Shown in pieces: positions 1 to 6,792 of a DNA stretch of 10,600 nucleotides. The position numbers and the translations under genes are program-made. How positions within the stretch are numbered: position 1 is the first letter of the stretch; each line of letters begins with the position of its first letter. The DNA is from a virus (Duplodnaviria > Heunggongvirae > Uroviricota > Caudoviricetes): the IMG/VR virus record IMGVR_UViG_2778261172_000008. One strand, written 5' to 3'. The notes below the pieces were generated by a model that did no database searches, was not told where the DNA came from, and saw only the letters and a program-made list of their open reading frames with translations.

Positions 1-195
1 TCAAACATCAAAATAAGTCAATGATAAAAAACAAATAATAAAACACAACAATGAAATATGCCCCCTTTTGTGCCCCCACTGTTTTTCTGACCAATCTATT
101 TTCAGCCCATCAACAAATCGGAAAGTTAAATAATTTTTAATCAGTAAGTTTGGATCCGTAGTTCGGATCCAAACCAGTGCATCTTTTATCCACAT

Positions 196-495
196 AAAAA
201 ATTTTTTTTCGGAAGAACTGTTCACACTGTTCACCTTTCTTTTTTCTCCTTTTATTTCATAGTGATAGGTGGTGAATAATGGGTGAAGGGTGAACATTCG
301 ATTCTTCACCTCCGGCATTCTGCCGGTGTGACTTGTGCAGGGGATTAATCCTCCGCACTGAAATCACTCAGGAAGAAAAAAGTTTTTTTTGATTTGATTG
401 TTCACACTGTTCACCTTTCGTTTTTCTCTTTTAATTTCAGTGTGATAACGGGTTAATATACGGTGAAGGGTGAACAGTGGATTGTTCACCTTCGG
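196..495. repeat. crr (cis replication region): two ~120-bp direct repeats (about 196-315 and 371-495) with alpha-binding iterons
   Basis: Seen directly: 218-315 and 398-495 align base for base with few mismatches (period 180 bp). Each copy starts with an A-run/T-run plus GGAAGA and contains TGTTCACA/TGTTCACC (219-226, 228-235; 399-406, 408-415) and inverted GGTGAACA (289-296; 469-476; plus TGTTCACC at 483-490). Known: P4 crr is two 120-bp repeats carrying type I iterons bound by alpha. Confidence 0.75.
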
Positions 496-508
496 GGGAT
501 GTCGGGAT

Positions 509-534
509 AAAAAAAAGACCGGCAGATGCCGGTC
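509..534 (-). terminator. Rho-independent terminator of the alpha/left operon
   Basis: On the minus strand GACCGGC-AUCU-GCCGGUC (7-bp GC-rich stem, 517-534) is followed by 8 U (plus A-run 509-516), 8 nt after the alpha stop codon at 542-544. Confidence 0.75.
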
Positions 535-541
535 AGGTGGG

Positions 542-2875
542 TCAGGCTGTTGCAGGGTCGTCACATTTTGGCAGCCAGTCGCCGTAGCTTTCCTCTTTCA
601 GCGTCAGGTTGGTCTGTATCCCCTGTTTGGTATGGCGCTTCTCGTAATTCAGTCCGTATTCCTTCAGCATCACCGGCAGCCCCAGCCCGAACATTTTCAG
701 ACTGAGTACATTCCGGTAGCCGTTTGCCTCCATGTAGGCCAGATAGGCGTGATAGAGGTATTTACGGTAATTACGCGGGATGATACTGGCGTTCCCCATA
801 TACATGCCGCTGGTCTGCGGCAGGGTTTCCAGATAGCCGATAAAATCAAACGTCGGGTCGGCATCCCGTTTGATGTTCAGTGCCTCGTCTGAGTTCTGCT
901 GGGACTGAAGCAGTGACCGGGCGAGCATCGGGTCGCTGAACTTCTGCATCAGGTGACGCACGATGACCGCCAGCTCGCGGGTGATTTTGTCCTTAAGCTG
1001 CGGGTCGCGCTCCTGCGGGGCTATCTGTTCCGGGAAGTGAATAATCACCCGCCGGCGTGACACGCCGCCGCTGCGGTCGGTGAAGCGCATCGGGTTATTG
1101 TTCACGGCCAGAATCACCGCCGGGATGTGCGTGGAGTACGCATCCCGGTATTTCGGGTCAACGGACACCGCGTCGCCGCCGGTGATGGCCTTGAGTCCGG
1201 CACCGTCGCCGCTCCATTTTTCCTGGTCCGGCAGGCGTATCAGTGAGAAGCCAGTTAACGCGGCACGTTCACGCGGGGATTCCAGCGTCTCGATGGTGGC
1301 CGACGTGGCGTTATCCTCCCCGGCCAGCAGGGTGGCTATTTCGGCCATGATACTTTTGCCGCTGCCGCCGGGACCGGTCACCTCCAGAAAGAGCTGCCAG
1401 TCGTAGCGGTTTGCCAGCACCATAAACAGTGCGGCCAGAATCACGTCGCGTTTTTCCGCACGGCCACCGGCGGCACGGTCAAGCCAGCGCCAGAACGCGG
1501 GGGCGTGGGTCTCCAGCGTTTCACCGTCCACCGGCGGGGTGAAATCCACATCGCACAGGGTGCGCATCCAGTGTGACGGACTGTGCGGGTGGAACGTGCC
1601 GTTCTGCGTGTCGAGCACGCCGTTACGAAAGCCAATCAGGCGGCGGGAGGGGGCTTCCTGCTGCGGAATAATCAGCTTCAGGGTGTCCACCACGGAGGCC
1701 ACCTTCCCGGAGGAGAACGGCGCGCGCAGACGCTGAAACAGCCCGGCCACATCCCGGGCAAAGTCCTGTGGCGGCAGCACCTTCCAGACACCATTTTCAT
1801 AGCGGGACAGAAGCTGGCCGTTGGCATCGACCGCGAGCGCCTCGCCGTAATGCTCATAGATACGCATGGCCTTTTCGCTGGTACTCATGGCGGAAAACTC
1901 TGCTTCGCTCATGGTGTCGAACGGGCTTTCAGCCGGTGGCCGGATGGCATCGTAAATGGCCTTACGGGTGGCCTCCCCGCCGTACTGCGTGAAGGCATCA
2001 TTCCAGTCACCGAAGACCGGCGGCAGGGCAACAACGCCCTCACACGCATCTGCGGCTGCGGCGGCTTTTTTCTGGCCGTCACCGCTGAGGTCACGGTCAG
2101 CAGCAAGGACAATCTGACAGGCCGGATGCTTCTGCCGGGCAAGGCTGGCCAGAGAAAGGAGGTTCACGGAAGAAAGCGCCACCATCACCGTTTCACCGGT
2201 CAGGTGATGTACGGTAAGTGCGGTCGCGTATCCCTCCGCTATCCACAGACGTTTTCCGGCCTGATTCTGTCCTTCAAGGGTGTGACAGGTGCCCCTGACC
2301 TGTCCGCCTTTCAGGGTGCGCTTACGGCCGTCAGCACTGATTAACTGAAGGTTAACCAGTTCGCCGCTGTCGTCATACAGTGGCACCACAAGGTCACCGG
2401 CGCGCCAGCTCACGCCACCGGCTCTGTGTGTGCCGGTCAGCATCCGGCATTCCCGGCCGGGAAAGCCCTTGCGGGTCAGGTAGGCGTTACCGGTTCCGGG
2501 ACGGGTTTTCGCCATCAGGGTTTGTGCCAGTGCGGCGGCGTTCTTCCGGGCAGCGTCTGTTTCAGCAACGGCAGCGGCCGTCACTGCCGGGTCAGCCGGG
2601 GGCAGACTGCCGGTCACGGCAGCCACCTTTGCGGCCGCGTCGGACGGGGAAACACCAAACACCTTTTCAACCAGTTTCAGGCCGTCACCGGCACCACACT
2701 GATTGCAGTACCAGGTGCCGCGCCCCTCCCTGTCATCAAAACGGAAGCGGTCACTCCCGCCACAGACCGGACAGGGCTGATGACGGTTTTTCAGCACCTG
2801 AATCCCCAGCGCCGGGAGAATACGCTGCCAGTGGCCGAGCGCATGGCTGACGGTGGCGGTTACGTTCATTTTCAT
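542..2875 (-). CDS. alpha: P4 alpha-type DNA primase-helicase (replication initiator binding the ori/crr iterons)
   Basis: 777-aa ORF, the length I recall for P4 alpha. N-terminal zinc-ribbon CPVCGG...CNQCG, central Walker A GPGGSGKS. SD AAGGAG 8 nt upstream of the ATG at 2875. Followed by crr and a terminator. Confidence 0.93.
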   Translation of the reverse strand: MKMNVTATVSHALGHWQRILPALGIQVLKNRHQPCPVCGGSDRFRFDDREGRGTWYCNQCGAGDGLKLVEKVFGVSPSDAAAKVAAVTGSLPPADPAVTAAAVAETDAARKNAAALAQTLMAKTRPGTGNAYLTRKGFPGRECRMLTGTHRAGGVSWRAGDLVVPLYDDSGELVNLQLISADGRKRTLKGGQVRGTCHTLEGQNQAGKRLWIAEGYATALTVHHLTGETVMVALSSVNLLSLASLARQKHPACQIVLAADRDLSGDGQKKAAAAADACEGVVALPPVFGDWNDAFTQYGGEATRKAIYDAIRPPAESPFDTMSEAEFSAMSTSEKAMRIYEHYGEALAVDANGQLLSRYENGVWKVLPPQDFARDVAGLFQRLRAPFSSGKVASVVDTLKLIIPQQEAPSRRLIGFRNGVLDTQNGTFHPHSPSHWMRTLCDVDFTPPVDGETLETHAPAFWRWLDRAAGGRAEKRDVILAALFMVLANRYDWQLFLEVTGPGGSGKSIMAEIATLLAGEDNATSATIETLESPRERAALTGFSLIRLPDQEKWSGDGAGLKAITGGDAVSVDPKYRDAYSTHIPAVILAVNNNPMRFTDRSGGVSRRRVIIHFPEQIAPQERDPQLKDKITRELAVIVRHLMQKFSDPMLARSLLQSQQNSDEALNIKRDADPTFDFIGYLETLPQTSGMYMGNASIIPRNYRKYLYHAYLAYMEANGYRNVLSLKMFGLGLPVMLKEYGLNYEKRHTKQGIQTNLTLKEESYGDWLPKCDDPATA

Positions 2876-2889
2876 GGTGTTGTTCTCCT

Positions 2890-3210
2890 TCAGTGCAGTA
2901 CCGGCGCTTTTATGTGACGGGCACAGAGTTCATCCATCACAACCAGCCCGAGAAAGGACAGCGACGGCGCGGCCTTCAGGGGGCCGGATTCCATTAAATC
3001 TTCCAGCAGGGCACAGGCTATCTGACGCCCTTTTTCCTCACCGTGCTGGCGCAGATAAAAGCCTTCCAGCTCAGCGGCGATGGCCGCCTCCAGTGACTCA
3101 AGGGTGAGATGCGGGTAGCGGTGCTGACGTTCGCACACGGTCAGCCAGGCACAGGCGACAGCGCGACGGTAAAGGGCAGCGCGTAAGGCGGGCGGTAAGG
3201 GTGTTTTCAT
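2890..3210 (-). CDS. Left-operon small protein (106 aa), unknown function; possible alternative epsilon candidate
   Basis: ORF with SD GGGAGG about 6 nt upstream of the ATG at 3210. Its stop lies 14 bp before the alpha start, overlapping the alpha SD. Not assignable by eye to a named P4 gene. Confidence 0.6.
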   Translation of the reverse strand: MKTPLPPALRAALYRRAVACAWLTVCERQHRYPHLTLESLEAAIAAELEGFYLRQHGEEKGRQIACALLEDLMESGPLKAAPSLSFLGLVVMDELCARHIKAPVLH

Positions 3211-3345
3211 TTGTTTTCCTCCCTGTGACAGATGACTGCATTCCGTGCCGGTTGCATTAACTGATAAGGCATATCTGCGTCTCCTGAAGACGTGCGTATC
3301 CCTGCGCGAATACGCACATTTAATTTTTCGGGTGTCGTTTTTTAA

Positions 3346-3801
3346 TTACAGATAATTGCGGTAACTGTTATCCGGGGTGATTTCCGGGTCAGGCTCCGTG
3401 CGGGGAATTTCCCGCCATTCCCGCGCTACCGGTGCTGCCCGGCTGACCGGAACAGTGTCCTGCGGGTAAATATCCAGATATTTTTCCCGCCATTTCTGTA
3501 ATTCCGGGTCTCCGGCCATTTCTTTCAGTACCGCATGCCGGTTTACGGGGCTGCGTTTAAACAGGTCAGGACGGTCACAGGTAAATTCCCGCAGAAAACG
3601 CCCCAGCGGGATGTCTGTGGTGCGCCCGTCAGCGAGGATACGCACAAGGATACTGAATTTACGGCGGTACGGGTTCCAGACAATGTCCGGGCAGCGGTAC
3701 GGCATTTCCCACGGAATACCGTCTTCCAGAATGCCAACCACGGCCACATCGGGAAAACCGGCAGAACGGTAAATCTCACCGGGCTGGGGAAAATCAAACA
3801 T
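3346..3801 (-). CDS. P4 orf151-like protein (151 aa), unknown function
   Basis: Length equals the P4 left-operon ORF known as orf151 and it sits upstream of alpha. Its start overlaps the stop of the upstream ORF by 8 bp (coupled-translation arrangement). Confidence 0.7.
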   Translation of the reverse strand: MFDFPQPGEIYRSAGFPDVAVVGILEDGIPWEMPYRCPDIVWNPYRRKFSILVRILADGRTTDIPLGRFLREFTCDRPDLFKRSPVNRHAVLKEMAGDPELQKWREKYLDIYPQDTVPVSRAAPVAREWREIPRTEPDPEITPDNSYRNYL

Positions 3802-4081
3802 GCGTCCTGTCTCCCCGGTCTTTCTGCTGGGCGAGAAAATCGCGGCACAGGCCTTTGGCTTTCAGTTCATTCAGCACAAAATCAATATCTTCATTCAGGT
3901 AGCTGAAAATATGCGGAATGTAGAGCTGATGCAGGCCGGAGAGTTCACGGTGAATCAAATCACCCCCAACAAACTGGGATACGGCGCTGGCGCGGTTGAG
4001 CTTATGGTAAGCCTCAATGCTGAGGTGTTCACGGGCGTCATGACGCGCTGAGACGGTCTGAGGGGCTTTTTTATTACGCAC
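3794..4081 (-). CDS. 95-aa left-operon protein with GTG start; candidate P4 epsilon (helper derepression/antirepressor) homolog
   Basis: The ORF track shows a 147-aa frame (3794..4237) whose first ~50 residues are Cys/Pro/Arg-rich and lack an SD. In the same frame a GTG at 4081 is preceded by GGAGG (4088-4092) with a 6-nt spacer, giving a 95-aa product ([10 protein letters not shown]...GDRTHV). The epsilon assignment rests only on my recollection that epsilon is about 95 aa and on position. Confidence 0.5.
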   Translation of the reverse strand: MRNKKAPQTVSARHDAREHLSIEAYHKLNRASAVSQFVGGDLIHRELSGLHQLYIPHIFSYLNEDIDFVLNELKAKGLCRDFLAQQKDRGDRTHV

Positions 4082-4271
4082 GGGACACCTCCACCACCGG
4101 CAGACGGGCAGCAAGGGAGAGCACATAGTCACGGACAAGGGAACGGCGGGCACTGCGTTCATCACCGGCGACGGTGCGAAGCATGCAGATACGGGGATGA
4201 CGGTCTGCGCGACGGACAGCCGCAAACACAAAGACAAATTCAGGGTGTGAAGGGGTAAGGGTTGTAGCCAT
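4074..4271 (-). CDS. First ORF of the left operon (65 aa); kil/eta-like candidate
   Basis: In-frame ATG at 4271 within the long 4074..4718 ORF, with SD GGAGG (4280-4284) 8 nt upstream. Stop overlaps the GTG start of the next ORF by 8 bp. The SD lies inside the seqC-like element. Identity with P4 kil/eta is inferred from position only. Confidence 0.4.
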   Translation of the reverse strand: MATTLTPSHPEFVFVFAAVRRADRHPRICMLRTVAGDERSARRSLVRDYVLSLAARLPVVEVSRA

Positions 4272-4299
4272 GATGGCAGCCTCCGTTAGATAGCAGGTT

Positions 4300-4395
4300 A
4301 CGCTATCGCCGGAGTTTCCACGCTCGATGGCGATAGCCCAGACGGGGGTGGAAATACCGGCTCTAACGGATACCGGCCAGCCCGGAGGCTGCCCC
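4300..4395 (-). ncRNA. CI-RNA-like immunity RNA region (seqB) with cognate seqA/seqC target sites
   Basis: Seen: plus 4362-4369 TCTAACGG and 4383-4393 CGGAGGCTGCC are the exact reverse complement of 4275-4290 GGCAGCCTCCGTTAGA (seqC-like); 4550-4558 CCGTTAGAT (seqA-like) is also complementary to 4362-4369. A 9-bp stem (4302-4310/4329-4337) lies between. Known: P4 immunity uses a small CI RNA whose seqB pairs with seqA and seqC on the nascent transcript to force termination. RNA ends are not determinable. Confidence 0.45.
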
Positions 4396-4604
4396 GCCTG
4401 AGCTACCATTGACTCTGCGGCATAATGAGCGGACGCGGGCAGGATGCACGGAGTGCCATCTGCTCGACTGACCACACACCACACCATAATCTGGCGCTCT
4501 GTGGCGTTGATTGCGACACAAAAAAAGACGCATGGCGCGTCATATGTCGCCGTTAGATTGCTCGGGTTTCCACGCCCGGCTGCCGATTTTGCGACAGCGG
4601 AAAA

Positions 4605-4634
4605 ACTATATCCGCAAATGCCGGAAAAAGGCAA
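4605..4634 (-). promoter_or_regulatory. Candidate sigma70 early promoter (PLE-like) for the immunity region/left operon
   Basis: Minus strand: -35 TTGCCT (plus 4629-4634), 18-bp spacer, -10 TATAGT (plus 4605-4610). Lies 36 bp downstream of the vis stop and about 40 nt upstream of the seqA-like element. Confidence 0.35.
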
Positions 4635-4669
4635 GCCAGAAAAAGGGACTTTTTGCAGAACAGGCATCA

Positions 4670-4936
4670 TCATGCGTCGTACCCCCGTTTGCGTCCGGCA
4701 ATGCGCCCGGCCATCCATGCGGTGACTTCAGAGTGCAGCCAGGCCACATTTTTACCGCCAAGACTCACCTGTGGCGGAAATTCCCCCTTACGGATGAGTT
4801 CATAGATGGTCGAGCGTGACAGGCCGCACAGGTGCATCACTTCCGGCAGACGTAAAAAACGCTCCTGCGTGATGTTCGGCAGCGGCATCAGTGGCGTCAC
4901 AGGGGCGGGAGACGGGGAAGAAAAAACAGCTTGCAT
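4670..4936 (-). CDS. vis: Vis / AlpA-family small DNA-binding regulator (excision/late-promoter regulator)
   Basis: 88 aa, the length of P4 orf88/Vis. AlpA-type helix-turn-helix signature [27 protein letters not shown]. First gene of the minus-strand operon, divergent from sid. Confidence 0.8.
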   Translation of the reverse strand: MQAVFSSPSPAPVTPLMPLPNITQERFLRLPEVMHLCGLSRSTIYELIRKGEFPPQVSLGGKNVAWLHSEVTAWMAGRIAGRKRGYDA

Positions 4937-5081
4937 CGGGCTACCTCGTTAATGTCCATACAGCACCGGATAAGTCCGTCCGGCTTCGGGTAGCGCTTTA
5001 TTTTGTGAATATTTTCAGCAGACGCAACAGGGGGGATTTGTTCCGGCAGCCTTACAATGCTTGTGTGTTTTTTGTTCATCT

Positions 5082-5121
5082 CCACTTAAAGTCATTTAAA
5101 GCCACTTAAAGCAATTTGTAA
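5082..5121. repeat. Four tandem 10-bp units (CCACTTAAAG / TCATTTAAAG / CCACTTAAAG / CAATTTGTAA) in the vis-sid intergenic region
   Basis: Read directly from the sequence; one-helical-turn periodicity upstream of vis suggests phased protein binding sites or intrinsically bent DNA. Confidence 0.6.
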
Positions 5122-5174
5122 TTTTTATAGTGAAATACAAATCGTTTTTTCTTATTCATTCCCGGCGAATTAAT

Positions 5175-5345
5175 AAAAACAAACAGTAATAAACAGCACA
5201 AAAAGCCCATCAACGGGTGAACAGTGGTGAACAGACGGTGAACAGTCATTACTGCGATTGTTCACCATTTAACTTACTGTATTACTTATCTTTTTTCTTA
5301 TGGTGAACAGAGGTGAACAGTAAAATATAAAAAAACAAACAGTAA
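5175..5345. other. Replication origin (ori): six type I iterons bracketed by a 15-bp direct repeat
   Basis: GGTGAACA at 5216-5223, 5226-5233, 5237-5244, 5302-5309, 5312-5319 and TGTTCACC at 5259-5266: the same octamer as in crr. AAAAACAAACAGTAA occurs at 5175-5189 and 5331-5345 on either side. Known: P4 ori and crr share alpha-binding iterons and lie about 4.5 kb apart. Confidence 0.75.
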
Positions 5346-5400
5346 GCCGGTTTTTCCTGCGACCTTTTCCTGGCTTGCCGGTGTGAGGATGAGTCTCCTG

Positions 5401-5470
5401 TGTCAGGGCTGGCACATCTGCAATGCGTCGTGTTGTTGTCCGGTGTACGTCACAATTTTCTCAACCTGAA
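5401..5470 (+). promoter_or_regulatory. Psid-like late promoter region with Ogr/delta-type activator dyad
   Basis: Perfect TGT-N12-ACA at 5437-5454 and an imperfect TGT-N10-ACA at 5401-5416, 34-87 bp upstream of the sid ATG; possible -10 CACAAT at 5451-5456; no -35. Known: P2/P4 late promoters are activated through TGT-N12-ACA dyads. Exact register relative to the TSS is not determinable here. Confidence 0.4.
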
Positions 5471-5487
5471 GTGACGAGGAGCCGAAA

Positions 5488-6222
5488 ATGTCTGACAACA
5501 CCATCCCTGAATATCTGCAATCCGCGCTGGCACAACTGGAAAAGGCCAGAGCCGCCCATCTTGAGAACGCCCGTCTGATGGATGAGACCGTCACGGCCAT
5601 TGAACGGGCAGAGCAGGAAAAAAATGCGCTGGCGCAGGCCGACGGAAACGACGCTGACGACTGGCGCACGGCCTTTCGTGCAGCCGGTGGTGTCCTGAGC
5701 GACGAGCTGAAACAGCGCCACATTGAGCGCGTGGCACGCCGGGAGCTGGTACAGGAATATGACAATCTGGCCGTGGTGCTGAATTTTGAACGCGAACGCC
5801 TGAAAGGGGCGTGTGACAGCACGGCCACCGCCTACCGGAAGGCACATCATCACCTTCTGAGTCTGTATGCAGAGCATGAGCTGGAACACGCCCTGAATGA
5901 AACCTGTGAGGCGCTTGTCCGGGCAATGCATCTGAGCATTCTGGTACAGGAAAATCCGCTCGCCAACACCACCGGCCATCAGGGCTACGTCGCACCGGAA
6001 AAGGCTGTCATGCAGCAGGTGAAATCATCGCTGGAACAGAAAATTAAACAGATGCAAATCAGCCTCACCGGCGAGCCGGTTCTCCGGCTGACCGGACTGT
6101 CAGCGGCAACACTCCCGCACATGGATTATGAGGTGGCAGGCACACCGGCACAGCGCAAGGTGTGGCAGGACAAAATAGACCAGCAGGGTGCAGAGCTTAA
6201 GGCCAGAGGACTGCTGTCATGA
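5488..6222 (+). CDS. sid: Sid, capsid size determination protein (external scaffold redirecting helper capsid to small size)
   Basis: 244 aa, the length of P4 Sid. First gene of the late operon, SD AGGAG 7 nt upstream. Stop overlaps the delta start (ATGA at 6219-6222). Confidence 0.88.
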   Translation: MSDNTIPEYLQSALAQLEKARAAHLENARLMDETVTAIERAEQEKNALAQADGNDADDWRTAFRAAGGVLSDELKQRHIERVARRELVQEYDNLAVVLNFERERLKGACDSTATAYRKAHHHLLSLYAEHELEHALNETCEALVRAMHLSILVQENPLANTTGHQGYVAPEKAVMQQVKSSLEQKIKQMQISLTGEPVLRLTGLSAATLPHMDYEVAGTPAQRKVWQDKIDQQGAELKARGLLS

Positions 6223-6719
6223 TTTACTGCCCGTCGTGTGGACATGTTGCTCACACTCGTCGCGCACATTTCATGGACGATGGCACCAAGATAATGATTG
6301 CACAGTGCCGGAATATTTATTGCTCTGCGACATTTGAAGCGAGTGAAAGCTTTTTCTCTGACAGTAAAGATTCAGGAATGGAATACATTTCAGGCAAACA
6401 GAGATACCGCGATTCACTGACTTCTGCCTCCGGCAGTATGAAACGCCCGAAAAGAATGCTTGTTACCGGATATTGTTGTCGGAGATGTAAAGGCCTTGCA
6501 CTGTCAAGAACATCGCGGCGTCTGTCTCAGGAAGTCACTGAACGTTTTTATGTGTGCACGGATCCGGGCTGTGGTCTGGTGTTTAAAACGCTTCAGACCA
6601 TCAACCGCTTCATTGTCCGCCCGGTCACGCCGGACGAACTGGCAGAACGCCTGCATGAAAAACAGGAACTGCCGCCAGTACGGTTAAAAACACAATCATA
6701 TTCGCTGCGTCTGGAATGA
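6219..6719 (+). CDS. delta: Delta, late transcription activator (tandem Ogr-like zinc fingers)
   Basis: 166 aa, the length of P4 delta. Two cysteine clusters: CPSCGH...C (N-terminal) and CCRRCKG...CTDPGC (C-terminal), consistent with a duplicated Ogr-type zinc finger. Confidence 0.88.
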   Translation: MIYCPSCGHVAHTRRAHFMDDGTKIMIAQCRNIYCSATFEASESFFSDSKDSGMEYISGKQRYRDSLTSASGSMKRPKRMLVTGYCCRRCKGLALSRTSRRLSQEVTERFYVCTDPGCGLVFKTLQTINRFIVRPVTPDELAERLHEKQELPPVRLKTQSYSLRLE

Positions 6720-6792
6720 GGGCTGCCGGTTAACCCCGGCCGTCGCCGCACACCGTATTTTTATTCTTCAGCATGATGAGAAAGAGATAACG

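Noticed and set aside
153-171. Inverted repeat GGATCCG-N5-CGGATCC as a tRNA T-arm or att core
   Set aside because: A 7-bp stem with a 5-nt loop does not match the tRNA T-arm geometry (5-bp stem, 7-nt loop) and there is no acceptor-stem/CCA context; kept only as a possible boundary marker.
196-495. Possibility that the repeated units are a CRISPR array
   Set aside because: Only two copies, about 120 bp each, and they contain the alpha-binding iteron TGTTCACC; this matches a replication enhancer, not short repeats with unique spacers.
1-564. Minus-strand ORFs of 105 aa (1..318) and 66 aa (364..564) from the ORF track
   Set aside because: They run through the crr direct repeats and the alpha terminator, have no ribosome-binding site, and their similar peptide sequences simply reflect translation of the two DNA repeat copies.
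470-2917. Multiple plus-strand ORFs (140, 108, 65, 253, 74, 156, 163 aa) overlapping alpha
   Set aside because: They are antisense to a well-supported 777-aa gene in GC-rich DNA, where long spurious frames are expected; none has a convincing start context.
3794-4237. The 147-aa ORF with its ATG start at 4237
   Set aside because: The N-terminal 50 residues are Cys/Pro/Arg-rich with no SD; an in-frame GTG with a strong SD gives a compact 95-aa protein instead.
4074-4718. The 214-aa minus-strand ORF as a single gene
   Set aside because: It spans the CI-RNA-like structured region and overlaps the vis coding end and the candidate PLE promoter; only the last 65 codons have a proper SD and start.
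4444-5109. ORFs 4444..4725 (+), 4511..4819 (+), 4897..5085 (-) and 4891..5109 (+)
   Set aside because: They overlap vis or the promoter/repeat region on the wrong strand or frame, with no RBS; likely chance frames.
5437-5454. Reading the perfect TGT-N12-ACA as a canonical activator site centred at -55 of Psid
   Set aside because: Its centre is only about 42 bp upstream of the sid ATG, which would put the transcript start inside the coding region; reported instead as a proximal site of uncertain register.
5403-5995. Minus-strand ORFs (141, 172, 134 aa) antisense to sid
   Set aside because: Antisense to a gene with exact expected length and a strong RBS; Ala/Arg/Ser-rich low-complexity translations typical of spurious GC-rich frames.
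6720-6792. GC-rich near-palindrome between delta and psu as an intra-operon terminator
   Set aside because: The dyad is imperfect and the following T-run is interrupted; more likely just the psu translation-initiation region.
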